Below, piece by piece: positions 36,753 through 46,098 of a DNA stretch of 64,000 bases. Made by a program: the position numbers and the translations under genes. How positions within the stretch are numbered: position 1 is the stretch's first letter; each line of letters starts with the position of its first letter. Source of the DNA: Candidatus Latescibacterota bacterium (GTDB taxonomy: Bacteria > Latescibacterota > UBA2968 > UBA8231). The DNA lies in assembly GCA_965248265.1 (NCBI GenBank), contig CBDFJF010000001.1, positions 1,408,001 through 1,472,000 of the forward strand, written 5' to 3'. The notes below the pieces were generated by a model, which saw only the letters and a program-made list of their open reading frames with translations, did not search any database and had not been told where the DNA came from.

Positions 36753-38615
36753 TCAGTCCCTCTTCTCTCCTACCAACTTTACCGACTTCCAGATGCCGCC
36801 ATACCACGCGCGGTCGCGGACGCGAACAGCCAGGGTGTTCTTCTCACCGATGCGCACTGCATCACCGAGGGCGATCTCGAAACGCTTGTCCCATCCCCAA
36901 TCATTGAGATCATGCTCGCCGATCAGCACGCCGTTGAGGTAGACCCAGGCCGATTCATCAACCGCGCCGAATGAGAGCGCCAGTTTGTAGCCCTGCGCTG
37001 CTGCCGGTACGTCGAAATCGACGCGATACCAGGCGACGCCGTCGTACTGATGGCCCTGCGGTTCCCACCATTCGCCGATCTTGATCGGTTGGTATTGCGT
37101 CTTGTCAACGACAACGCCGCCCCAGTCCTGCTGCTGCCCTTCATCTTTGAAGTCAAGCCTGAACCGCCAGACTTTCGGCAAATCGACGATGAAGTCATGC
37201 GTCTGCCACAGCTCGCCGAAGGTAGCCTCGTCGTCGTAGCCTGGTTGATCGACCGCACGCCGGTCGAGGGCCGGCATGGTCCGTCCCGCCACTTCTGCCG
37301 GCCCCGACATGCCGACTGCCTCTGCACTCCTGCTGTCGACGACAGAAAGGTTAACATTGACGCCACGCGGCTCCGAAGCGATGCGAGCGCCGTGTCTGTT
37401 GTGCACCGTGATCGCGCCAACGACATCGTCACCGTAATCGTTGCCCCGCAGTGTCATGACCTGAACGGTCGGACCCGTTTTCTCCTCGTACACCGAGCAG
37501 TTCACGAACTCGATGCTGCCCGTACCCGTCGCCGACGGCTCTTGCATATTGAGCACCACCGCCGTGCCCTGCGAGTCGATCCAGTTGCAGCCGACGAAGC
37601 GGATGTTCAAGTGGCCGACCGAATGACCATAGACGTTGGCCCCTGCCTGCCCGCTGTTCTCCGACAGGCAGTTGATGAACTCGATCGTACCTGGTGGGCC
37701 TTCATCACCCGGCACCCGCACGCACATCCCGGAATCGCCGCCCGTACCCGGTTTGGTCATCCGGCTGATACAGTTCTCGAAGCGAATCGAAATCGGGGGA
37801 CTGTCGGCGGTGATGCGATCGTGAGCACGAACAAACATCCCGTGTCCGGCGTTATCCTCGAAAAGACAGTTGCGGAAGACACAGTTGACCAGCAACTGTG
37901 TCGGGTTGTCCGGCTCGTAGTCGATACCGGCTGATGGCCCGGTGCCCTCCGTTCCCGAGAAGACACAATTCTCCACCAGCAGGTTCTTGGCGTCGGTCAC
38001 GCTGATCCCCTGCCGGTGGTTGTCGTGCGAAACGCAGTCGCGGATCACGATGTCTTCGCTGCTTCGGCCCGCGCCGGATCCGATGTAGATCCCGTCGCCG
38101 CCGCTGCTTTCAATTCGAAGACCTTCGACGTGTATCCTCCTGCTGCCCTCAATTTTCAGTCCGTGCTTCCACTCCTCCTTCGGTGGATAGGGCGGGTTGC
38201 GATAATCCCTCTTCCGCATCCGTAGAGTTGCGCCGTAGCCGCGAATGGTGATATCCGACAAACCGATTGCGGTCAGGAGACAATCCCATCGCTCCTTGAA
38301 TTCCCCCTTCTTGGCCAGCACCAGGACGCCGGGCTCGAAAACCAGTTCCAGATTGCTGCGCAGGAAAATCGGCCGCACAACCCACGGCTTGCCCATGAAG
38401 GGAACGATGACCGTCTTCGCCTTCGAGTTGATCGCCGCCTGCAGCGCCTCGGTGGCATCCTCGCTGTCGAACCCCCACCAGGAAGCGTTGGCTACCGCCA
38501 GTTCGCCAGCGGCCACCTCCGCAACGGCTTCAGGATTCTCCCCTTTACCGGGAACGACGCCAGCCCAGCAAGTACCCGCGACCATGAACCCGATAAGCAC
38601 CGGCACGATCTTCAT
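36753..38615 (-). CDS. Secreted right-handed beta-helix protein with C-terminal GH2-N-like jelly-roll
   Basis: DATEALQAAI, SSGGDGIYI, NHRQGISV, PSAGIDYEP; C-terminal DGVAWYR..FGAVDESAWVYLNG..GGIWKSVKL. Confidence 0.8.
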   Translation of the reverse strand: MKIVPVLIGFMVAGTCWAGVVPGKGENPEAVAEVAAGELAVANASWWGFDSEDATEALQAAINSKAKTVIVPFMGKPWVVRPIFLRSNLELVFEPGVLVLAKKGEFKERWDCLLTAIGLSDITIRGYGATLRMRKRDYRNPPYPPKEEWKHGLKIEGSRRIHVEGLRIESSGGDGIYIGSGAGRSSEDIVIRDCVSHDNHRQGISVTDAKNLLVENCVFSGTEGTGPSAGIDYEPDNPTQLLVNCVFRNCLFEDNAGHGMFVRAHDRITADSPPISIRFENCISRMTKPGTGGDSGMCVRVPGDEGPPGTIEFINCLSENSGQAGANVYGHSVGHLNIRFVGCNWIDSQGTAVVLNMQEPSATGTGSIEFVNCSVYEEKTGPTVQVMTLRGNDYGDDVVGAITVHNRHGARIASEPRGVNVNLSVVDSRSAEAVGMSGPAEVAGRTMPALDRRAVDQPGYDDEATFGELWQTHDFIVDLPKVWRFRLDFKDEGQQQDWGGVVVDKTQYQPIKIGEWWEPQGHQYDGVAWYRVDFDVPAAAQGYKLALSFGAVDESAWVYLNGVLIGEHDLNDWGWDKRFEIALGDAVRIGEKNTLAVRVRDRAWYGGIWKSVKLVGEKRD

Positions 38616-38708
38616 ATCGTCCATCTCCTGATTGGTGGTGAAACCGCAATAAAGGTCACCATCTAGGCCTCCATGGAGGGGGCCCATGCTCTCGTATAGG
38701 ACAACTCG

Positions 38709-40814
38709 TTACCGTTCGCCGCTGTGCACGACAGCGACGCCCCAGGGCTCGATTTCTAACTCGAAGCCGCCGTCCTGCAGCGCCAGCTCAGATTCATTGA
38801 TGAGATCCTGGACGCTGCCGCTCTGCCAGCGGGGCTGCAGCCGTACGCGAACGGGAACGCGTTCCAAATTAAAGGCAAATACCAGCCAGCCCCCGGCAGC
38901 CGATCGCCGTGATACCACGGAGACTTCTCCCTGCCCCAGCACGGCCACCTGCGGCTTGATGCCGGCCTCCTCAGTCAGTCCTGAAACGATTGTTCGCTCG
39001 GCCACATCACCGAAACCGGTAGACAAGGTCAAGCCCAACCAGATGAAACGTCCGTCGGCACTGCGTACCCCAACCGTTTCATCGCCCAGCCAGGCAATCG
39101 CCACAGTGTCCTGCTGCGGTTCCAGGACGGCATAGCCACACGGGGAAACTATGGGCACCTGGCCGTATGGAGTCTGCAGCACATTTCTGCCGGCGCCGAT
39201 ATCGACCTCCGTTACCGCTGAGAAATCGGCCACCCGGACCCCCAGGCGATCACTCAGACCCTCGGGTGGCCCATAGCTCGACTGGCCATCCGACCCATAG
39301 AGACCAAAATTTCCCTCTGCGACCAACCTTGTCTGTGGGCTGTCATCCAGTGTCCGCTCGATCCGCGAGAGCAGCGAATCGCTCATCAGCGCCGCATTGG
39401 GAAGGAACAACAACCGGTAGCCCGACCAATCCATCGCCGGCGTAAGGATGTCGGCATTGATACCGGCGCGCCATAGAGTCCGGTAGACCCCGAGCAGATC
39501 CGTGTTGAAGCGCTGGGCTTGGTCGTTGAAGCCGAATAGCTCCTGGGATTGGGCATCATAGACGATGCCGACCTCGGCGCGCGGACACTCCAACGGCAGA
39601 TGATCGCTCATGCCTTCGATCCGCGCTACCGCTTCCTTTACCGCCTCGAAGCGCGGTGTCGAAGCACCGTCCAGCGCCGCCAGGTTGTACCCCGGCGACT
39701 CAAAGCTCAGGTACTCGGGCCGGTACTGCCAGAACATGGCTCCGGCAGCACCGCCGGCCAGCGACATCCACAGTAGCGCCGTCAGCTCGCACGGGTCCGA
39801 TTGCTTGTTCCAGGTGACCCCGCCCCGTGCCATGCCGGCGTAGATTTCCTCATTCCACCAGCGCCCGTTGACCCCCATGGCTCGGGCGATGTCGAAGCTA
39901 AAAGCCCGGTCCGCGATAACACTGGGATCTTTTGAGGTTAATAGATTGTTCGACGACATCGACATGCCCCAGCTGTCTACTTCCCTCGCGCACATCTCGT
40001 CCCAGGGTCTGGGCATGTTGCCGGAATGGGCTCTGACCTCGGTTGTGGGGTCGATCGCACGGGTCTCTTCCACCATCCACTTCAGCTTCTCGATCAGATT
40101 CTCATAGTGGAAACGGCGGTAGACGAGCATCTCGAGAACGGTGTTGTTGTTGCGCGGTGGCTCCACATCCTCCCAGTTGCAGTAACGTCGCTGGAAACGC
40201 TGGTTGAGGTCCTCGATTGAGAATCGTTCCTGCAACCACGCCTTGTACTGCGCCTGGGTGTAATCGCAAAAACACAGCGTGTTGGGGACGGCCTTCGTAC
40301 CTGTATCGATCGGACTGACGCCATCCCACAGGCCCCAGATCAGCAGATTGTCGCGGTCCTTGTAACGCGACACCACATGGCGCAGTAGCTCACCGCCGTG
40401 TTCAAGCCAGGCCGGATGGTCGTAGCAGTGCATGATGCCGCCCTGCGGGTACGCCGGATGCGCGCGCGCCACCGTCGGCTGGCCCTGCGGGTTGACGGAG
40501 CGGATATCGGGATGCTTCCGCATCAGCCACTCGGGGCAAGACCCGTGCGTGGCCAGCGTGATGTCCAGCCACACGTAGAGGTCGTGCTTCGCCGCCAGAT
40601 CGAACAGCCGGTCAAAGTCATCCAACCGGTACACGCCCTTCTGTGGCTCCATCCAGTTCCAGTAGGAGAAGCTGCGCACGACGCGCAGGCCGGCGTCGCG
40701 AATTCGGGCGAAATCCTCGTCCCACACTTCCTGTTTCGGCGTGGGGGCCCGGTAGTACTCGACGCCGATCGGAAACGGCGTATCGGGGTGGAGCTTGAAA
40801 CGGGTCTCTGACAA
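38709..40814 (-). CDS. GH42-like beta-galactosidase
   Basis: GVEYYRAP, WNWMEPQKGVY, CPEWL, CYDHP, CFC, MFWQYR, trimerisation-type domain (YRLLFLP). Confidence 0.75.
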   Translation of the reverse strand: MSETRFKLHPDTPFPIGVEYYRAPTPKQEVWDEDFARIRDAGLRVVRSFSYWNWMEPQKGVYRLDDFDRLFDLAAKHDLYVWLDITLATHGSCPEWLMRKHPDIRSVNPQGQPTVARAHPAYPQGGIMHCYDHPAWLEHGGELLRHVVSRYKDRDNLLIWGLWDGVSPIDTGTKAVPNTLCFCDYTQAQYKAWLQERFSIEDLNQRFQRRYCNWEDVEPPRNNNTVLEMLVYRRFHYENLIEKLKWMVEETRAIDPTTEVRAHSGNMPRPWDEMCAREVDSWGMSMSSNNLLTSKDPSVIADRAFSFDIARAMGVNGRWWNEEIYAGMARGGVTWNKQSDPCELTALLWMSLAGGAAGAMFWQYRPEYLSFESPGYNLAALDGASTPRFEAVKEAVARIEGMSDHLPLECPRAEVGIVYDAQSQELFGFNDQAQRFNTDLLGVYRTLWRAGINADILTPAMDWSGYRLLFLPNAALMSDSLLSRIERTLDDSPQTRLVAEGNFGLYGSDGQSSYGPPEGLSDRLGVRVADFSAVTEVDIGAGRNVLQTPYGQVPIVSPCGYAVLEPQQDTVAIAWLGDETVGVRSADGRFIWLGLTLSTGFGDVAERTIVSGLTEEAGIKPQVAVLGQGEVSVVSRRSAAGGWLVFAFNLERVPVRVRLQPRWQSGSVQDLINESELALQDGGFELEIEPWGVAVVHSGER

Positions 40815-40843
40815 TTCCTATTCTCCAGTTCGCTTTTCGGCTG

Positions 40844-42268
40844 CTACGCTTCCCAGGTCCGTTCCCACCGAGCATAAATGCCACGCGCTTCGCCTCCCTT
40901 GGTATCGAGGCACACCGCCAACCGGTTCGTGCCGTGTCTGGATTCGAGACGCAACGACGTCGTGTCCTGTACCGCCGGAGAGCTGCCGGGACCATCGAAG
41001 ACCTCTCTCCCATTCCACCACACCTTCACCGGACCGTCGTAGCCGAGATGTACGTCGACGAGGTCCCACGGTCCCACCTCGATGTCCTTGACGAAGTAGA
41101 TCAACCCGCCGCGGTCGCCGATGACCTTGCTGGCATCGATGAAGTTGTGGCCCAGTGTATGAGGGGTACCGTCGTCCGGGATGCGCACGGGGCGAAACTT
41201 CAGAGCTCCCGAATCAGGATCCTGTTCAACGGCCTCTTCCAGACCGCGAGGGGCCTCTACCAGATCGCTGACCAGCATCTCATCGATGAAATCGGCCCCG
41301 AACAGGACATCAGCCACATAGATGTCGGGTTTGATCCACTGATCCAGCTCCGGGTCTTCGTTGGCGATGGCATTGCCGTAGAAACTGAGGGCGAAGCGAT
41401 GGCTGTTGTCCGGCCACCGGGCCACACCCATGTAGGAGTTGTCCGGGTGTGGACCCGAGGGCAGCACGCAGATCAAGAAACACTCACCGTCGATGACCCT
41501 GAAGACACCCGTGTGCGCCGCATGGTCTTCTTCTTCATGTATGCGGATATCGATCGGATCCCAGCGGCCGGAGATATAGACCTGGCCATCGACCGTCCAC
41601 ACAGCGGGCCCGGTCAGGCGCACATCCAGCTGTTGAATCTCCCACTCATCGAACGGGTAGCTGCTGAAACACAGTTTGGGTTTCTTCAACCCGCATTCCA
41701 GGCGCATCAGCATCGTCGCCGTGCCGTCTGGCAGGATCTCGAGGTAGCACTCGTCTGGATGCTCCTCTTCTGAATCATTGATCGCTCGCACGTTGACCCA
41801 GTTGCGGCCATCTTCGCTCTCGAACCAGTACACGCCGTACGGCGAAGTGTGATGGTATCCGGCGCAGTAGTGCTTGCCTCTGTGCCATACGGGACGCCAC
41901 ATCACGATGTTGTCAGTCCCTTCGTACGGCTGCCAGGGCGTCCAGTGATCTCCGTCCTCGGTGACGGCACACCCCGACAGCACGGGGTGCCTGTCATTGG
42001 GCACGACCTGGCAGGTGCAGTACAACCTGCTGCCGTCCGTATAGAGATGCGCGTCGCGCGTGTCGTCGTCACCGCGCAGCACAGCCAGGGTGTCCCAGGT
42101 GACGCCCGCGTCCCGGCTGCGCTGGACGATCACGCGACCTGAGTCGTCCTGCCAATGGACATCGCCTTGTCGATAGCCGACGTAGAGATCCCCCTTGAAC
42201 CAGCATGCTCCCGTGAACGCATTGTGCCGGCGGTCATTCGTGATGCGCCGGGTGCTCAAAACCTTCAT
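40844..42268 (-). CDS. Asp-box beta-propeller + jelly-roll, paralogue 2
   Basis: Starts MKVLSTRRITND at 42268 with GGAGG RBS; full-length similarity to 3793 and 42294. Confidence 0.8.
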   Translation of the reverse strand: MKVLSTRRITNDRRHNAFTGACWFKGDLYVGYRQGDVHWQDDSGRVIVQRSRDAGVTWDTLAVLRGDDDTRDAHLYTDGSRLYCTCQVVPNDRHPVLSGCAVTEDGDHWTPWQPYEGTDNIVMWRPVWHRGKHYCAGYHHTSPYGVYWFESEDGRNWVNVRAINDSEEEHPDECYLEILPDGTATMLMRLECGLKKPKLCFSSYPFDEWEIQQLDVRLTGPAVWTVDGQVYISGRWDPIDIRIHEEEDHAAHTGVFRVIDGECFLICVLPSGPHPDNSYMGVARWPDNSHRFALSFYGNAIANEDPELDQWIKPDIYVADVLFGADFIDEMLVSDLVEAPRGLEEAVEQDPDSGALKFRPVRIPDDGTPHTLGHNFIDASKVIGDRGGLIYFVKDIEVGPWDLVDVHLGYDGPVKVWWNGREVFDGPGSSPAVQDTTSLRLESRHGTNRLAVCLDTKGGEARGIYARWERTWEA

Positions 42269-42293
42269 GACAATGGACTCCTCCGTGTGGCCT

Positions 42294-43724
42294 TTACGAT
42301 TCCCATGTCCGCTCCCACCGAGCGTAAATGCCACGCGCCTCTCCTCCCCTTGTATCAAGGCACAGCGCCAACCGATTGGTGCCGTGTCGGGATTCCAGGC
42401 GCAGCGACGTCGTGTCCTGCACCGCCGGAGAGCTGCCGGGGCCCTCAAAAACCTCGCTCCCATTCCACCACACCTTCACCGGACCGTCGTAGCCGAGGTG
42501 GACATCCACCAGGTCCCACGGCCCTACCTCGACATCCTTGACGAAGTAGATGAGCCCGTCACGGCCGCCAATGACGTTGCCGGCATCCAGAAAATTGTGA
42601 CCCGGCTTGTGTGGAGTACCGTCATCCGGGATGCGCACGGGGCGAAACTTCAGTGCCCCCGATCCGGGATCGGGCTGCGTTGCCTCCTCCAGGCCACGAG
42701 GGGCCTCTACCAGATCGCTGACCAGCATATCATCGATGAAATCGGCCCCGAAAAGGACATCGGCCACGTAGATGTCGGGTTTGATCCACTGATCCAGCTT
42801 CGGGTCTTCGTTGGCGATGGCGTTACTGTAGAAGCTGAGAGCGAAGCGATGATTGTTGTCCGGCCACCGGGCTACGCCCATGTAGGAGTTGTCGGGGTGG
42901 GGGCCTGAAGGCAGAACGCATATCAGGAAACACTCACCATCGATGACCCTGAAGACCCCCGTGTGTGCGGCATGGTCTTCTTCTTCGTGTATGCGGGGGT
43001 CGATCGGGTCCCAGCGGCCGGTGATGTAGACCTGGCCATCGACGGTCCAGCAGGCGGGGCCTGTCAGGCGCACATCCAACTGCTGCATGTCCCACGTCTC
43101 GAACGGGTACTGGCTGCGACACAGTTTGGGTTTCTTCAACCCGCTCTCGCACCGCATCAGCATGGTCGCCGTGCCGTCTGGCAGGATCTCGAGGTAGCAC
43201 TCGTTCGCCATGTCGTCTGGTGAATCGTTGAGAGGTCTGACATCGACCCAGTTGTGGCCGTCATCACTCTCGAACCAGTGCACGCCAAACTGCTCGTGGT
43301 CGTAGAAATATCCCGCACAATAGTGCTTACCCCGATGCCATTCAGGTCGCCACAACACATAGTTGTCGTAGGCCCCCTCATAAGGTTCAAAGGCCGTCCA
43401 GTGATCGCCGTCTTCCGTGACCGCGCAGCCCGACAGCCCTACGGCGTTGGCCTTGACCTCAACGTAGACGACGCCGTACAACCTGCTTCCATCCGTGTAG
43501 AGATGCGCGTCGCGCGTGTCGCCGTGACCGCGCAGCACCGCCACGGTATCCCAAGTGACGCCGGCATCGCGGCTGCGCTGGATGATGACGCGACTGGTGT
43601 TTTCGTGATGGTGGATATCGGCCTGACGATAGCCCACGTAAAGATCCCCCTTGAACCAGCACGCACCCGTGAATGCGTTGTGCTTGCGGTCGTTCGTTAT
43701 ACGACGGGTACTGAGGACTTTCAT
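42294..43724 (-). CDS. Asp-box beta-propeller + jelly-roll, paralogue 3
   Basis: AAGGAG RBS; tandem duplicate of 40844-42268. Confidence 0.8.
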   Translation of the reverse strand: MKVLSTRRITNDRKHNAFTGACWFKGDLYVGYRQADIHHHENTSRVIIQRSRDAGVTWDTVAVLRGHGDTRDAHLYTDGSRLYGVVYVEVKANAVGLSGCAVTEDGDHWTAFEPYEGAYDNYVLWRPEWHRGKHYCAGYFYDHEQFGVHWFESDDGHNWVDVRPLNDSPDDMANECYLEILPDGTATMLMRCESGLKKPKLCRSQYPFETWDMQQLDVRLTGPACWTVDGQVYITGRWDPIDPRIHEEEDHAAHTGVFRVIDGECFLICVLPSGPHPDNSYMGVARWPDNNHRFALSFYSNAIANEDPKLDQWIKPDIYVADVLFGADFIDDMLVSDLVEAPRGLEEATQPDPGSGALKFRPVRIPDDGTPHKPGHNFLDAGNVIGGRDGLIYFVKDVEVGPWDLVDVHLGYDGPVKVWWNGSEVFEGPGSSPAVQDTTSLRLESRHGTNRLALCLDTRGGEARGIYARWERTWES

Positions 43725-43743
43725 CGCTCGCTCCTTGGATACC

Positions 43744-44460
43744 TCAATCGACTGGTCTGCGAAAGTAGCGCTCGACCTGCTCTCCCACCTCGTAGCCGAG
43801 AATCCGCCGCGCCTTATCCATCGGGTATTTCCCGTGTTCGAGATAGCTGTTGAGATTGAACCATTGGAAGTGATCCGGCAGATCTTCGACCTCCAACGCC
43901 AGGCGGCAGGCCGTGACGAGATCCTCCCACACCAGCGTGAACGGTGGGTGGGAACCTTCCTCCTGATGCTTCTGCGGCTTGGGGCCGAGCTCGTTGAACA
44001 GAAACCACACCGTGTCGATGCCGTACTCGCGCGCGTAGGCTCGTGAGATCTCCATCCCCAGAAATTTCGTCAGATTGTAATGTGCCGTCCCCGGCATCAG
44101 CGGCACGTCGTCCACCCGGAACTGGTGGTCGAACCAGAGACGCACCATTTGAGGACCGGTGTGCAGAACTCGCTTGATGCCGTGCTCCATCACGGAGCGA
44201 CTGATATTCTCGACGCCCCGGGTATTGACTTCCCAGCTGAGCACGGGATCGTTGCGAACCACACACAGATTGAGAACCGCATCCTGCCCCTGGCAAGCCC
44301 GGTGCACAGCATCGTAGTCGCAAATGTCGACGATGTCCGATTCGTGTCCATCAGGATGAGGGATGACGTCCGTCAACGTCAGCTCGTACTGCTGCGCCAA
44401 CCCGGGCGTGACGGAGGGCCCGATGTGACCGAGGGCTCCGAAGACGACGACGCGCTTCAC
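43744..44460 (-). CDS. NAD-dependent epimerase/dehydratase (uronate dehydrogenase-like extended SDR)
   Basis: GALGHIG, YNLTK; GTG start overlaps upstream stop (GTGA). Confidence 0.8.
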   Translation of the reverse strand: MKRVVVFGALGHIGPSVTPGLAQQYELTLTDVIPHPDGHESDIVDICDYDAVHRACQGQDAVLNLCVVRNDPVLSWEVNTRGVENISRSVMEHGIKRVLHTGPQMVRLWFDHQFRVDDVPLMPGTAHYNLTKFLGMEISRAYAREYGIDTVWFLFNELGPKPQKHQEEGSHPPFTLVWEDLVTACRLALEVEDLPDHFQWFNLNSYLEHGKYPMDKARRILGYEVGEQVERYFRRPVD

Positions 44461-45197
44461 TTCCCGCCCCCGCTTCCTGCCCACAATTTGGCGAACATGT
44501 GCTTGAACCCCTGCTGTATCTCAGGTTGGACAAGGAAGCGCGGGTTCGGCGGTTTGGCGCACACGTGATGAATCTGCCAGCGCCGGACCCAGTTGTGCAT
44601 ATCGGAGGAATCGCGCGCCAACGCCGTGCGTACCGCCCGCGCGGCGTCGCGAGGGTCGAGCCAGCTGTGGTCGAGAGCGTCTGAGCTGGCCTCGTCTTCG
44701 GCGACCAGGGTCCCCAGCCGCAGTGACGTGCCCGTGATCGCGTGGTCGCGCACGAACTCGCGGACCGTGAACTCGCCAAGGTAGCGCCACATCCTCTCGC
44801 CGGAGGGCGGCGGAAATGGCTCGTGATATTCCGTTATGTAGGTGTCCTCGGGGTAGACGTCGAACAGGTGGAGGGTACCACAGTAGATGAAGCGTTTGAC
44901 TCCGGCTTCGATGGCGGCCGCCATGAGGTCGTAGGTGCCGCGCGTGTACCAGTCGAGCTGGGCGGCATCGTCTGCCGGCGGGGTCAGCGGTAGCTCTCCG
45001 GTGTGTATGACAGCTTCGACGCCAGCCACCGCTGCTGGCAGGGTCTCGGACCGCAAGAGGTCGCCGATGATGGCACCAGTGCCGGGTGGCCCCTCGATCG
45101 GCTCTGTTTCCAGCAGATGCAGCTGGTGATCGGTCACCAGTTCGCGAGTGACGGCCCGGCCCAACACACTCTGCGCCGACACGATGAGAATCTTCAT
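44457..45197 (-). CDS. Degenerate NAD-dependent epimerase/dehydratase-like protein
   Basis: AVAGVEAVIH, AGVKRFIY, SLRLG, RDAARA; lacks GxxGxxG and YxxxK. Confidence 0.7.
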   Translation of the reverse strand: MKILIVSAQSVLGRAVTRELVTDHQLHLLETEPIEGPPGTGAIIGDLLRSETLPAAVAGVEAVIHTGELPLTPPADDAAQLDWYTRGTYDLMAAAIEAGVKRFIYCGTLHLFDVYPEDTYITEYHEPFPPPSGERMWRYLGEFTVREFVRDHAITGTSLRLGTLVAEDEASSDALDHSWLDPRDAARAVRTALARDSSDMHNWVRRWQIHHVCAKPPNPRFLVQPEIQQGFKHMFAKLWAGSGGGK

Positions 45198-45240
45198 GCT
45201 GCTGTGCCCTCTATGGAGTGTCCGCCCACGACTGCTTCGC

Positions 45241-46059
45241 TTACTGCACGTCCAGCAGGACGCGCATCTCCTCTGTCAGGCGCGCCGCAGTCTCAGCTCG
45301 CAGATAGGTCCTTTGATCTGTCTGTTGCGATAGTTCGCGGCGCACAAACGCCATGTGCATGACCCGTCTGGGTTTATCGCTGCGATTCAACGTGCCGCCG
45401 TGCCAGGTGTGCGCATTGAATACCACCACAGTACCTGCCCGGGCGGTCACCACCATCTCATCGGGATGCGGCTTCTCGGGATCCTGCTTCATCTCGGCCG
45501 GTGTTTTCTTGAACCGGTGTGATCCTGGAACCAGGCGCGTCGCACCGTTTTCCTCGGAAAGATCATCGAGCAACCACAGGGAGTTGGCGACGAAATACTC
45601 TCCGGTCTGAAACCGTTGTTGTTCTTGCCGGTTTGACGGTGCCCAATCCATGTGCAACGCCTGGAATCCCTGCCCGGGAAGGGGAAAACGACAGTTTAGC
45701 GAATGCACTTTGAAATCGGACGTCAGTACGTGCCGGATGGCTGCCAGAAGCCGGGGGTGGGTGTAGCAAAGATCGAACATGGGATCCTTGTTGATCAGAT
45801 CACTCAACCGTATTGAACCCGCCTCCTGACCCACTTCTTCGCCAGCATCCTCCCCTTCTGCCCTGATGATTTCCTCCACGCGATCTCTGAATGACGTCAC
45901 TTGAGCAGGTGTTATCATATCCGGTAAAGGGAGGTAGCCCTCTTCATCCAGAAACTGTTTCTCGTCGTCGGATAGTGTTTCGCCCCGTACACCCAGATCG
46001 TACAGGACGGGATCCATGTTCATCGCGATCGCCTTGTGGGACGGTGTCATCAACTGCAT
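45241..46059 (-). CDS. Phytanoyl-CoA dioxygenase (PhyH) family Fe(II)/2OG enzyme
   Basis: LHMDW, LDD..ENGAT..VPGSH, TWHGG..N..R; start uncertain. Confidence 0.88.
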   Translation of the reverse strand: MQLMTPSHKAIAMNMDPVLYDLGVRGETLSDDEKQFLDEEGYLPLPDMITPAQVTSFRDRVEEIIRAEGEDAGEEVGQEAGSIRLSDLINKDPMFDLCYTHPRLLAAIRHVLTSDFKVHSLNCRFPLPGQGFQALHMDWAPSNRQEQQRFQTGEYFVANSLWLLDDLSEENGATRLVPGSHRFKKTPAEMKQDPEKPHPDEMVVTARAGTVVVFNAHTWHGGTLNRSDKPRRVMHMAFVRRELSQQTDQRTYLRAETAARLTEEMRVLLDVQ

Positions 46060-46098
46060 GAATGTTCGCCTTGCCGTAGGTGAAACGCAAGGTTATTG

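Noticed and set aside
3793-43724. Diversity-generating retroelement as the cause of the variable paralogues
   Set aside because: No reverse transcriptase in the window; copies are full genes with indels and changes along their whole length, not a short adenine-specific TR/VR pair
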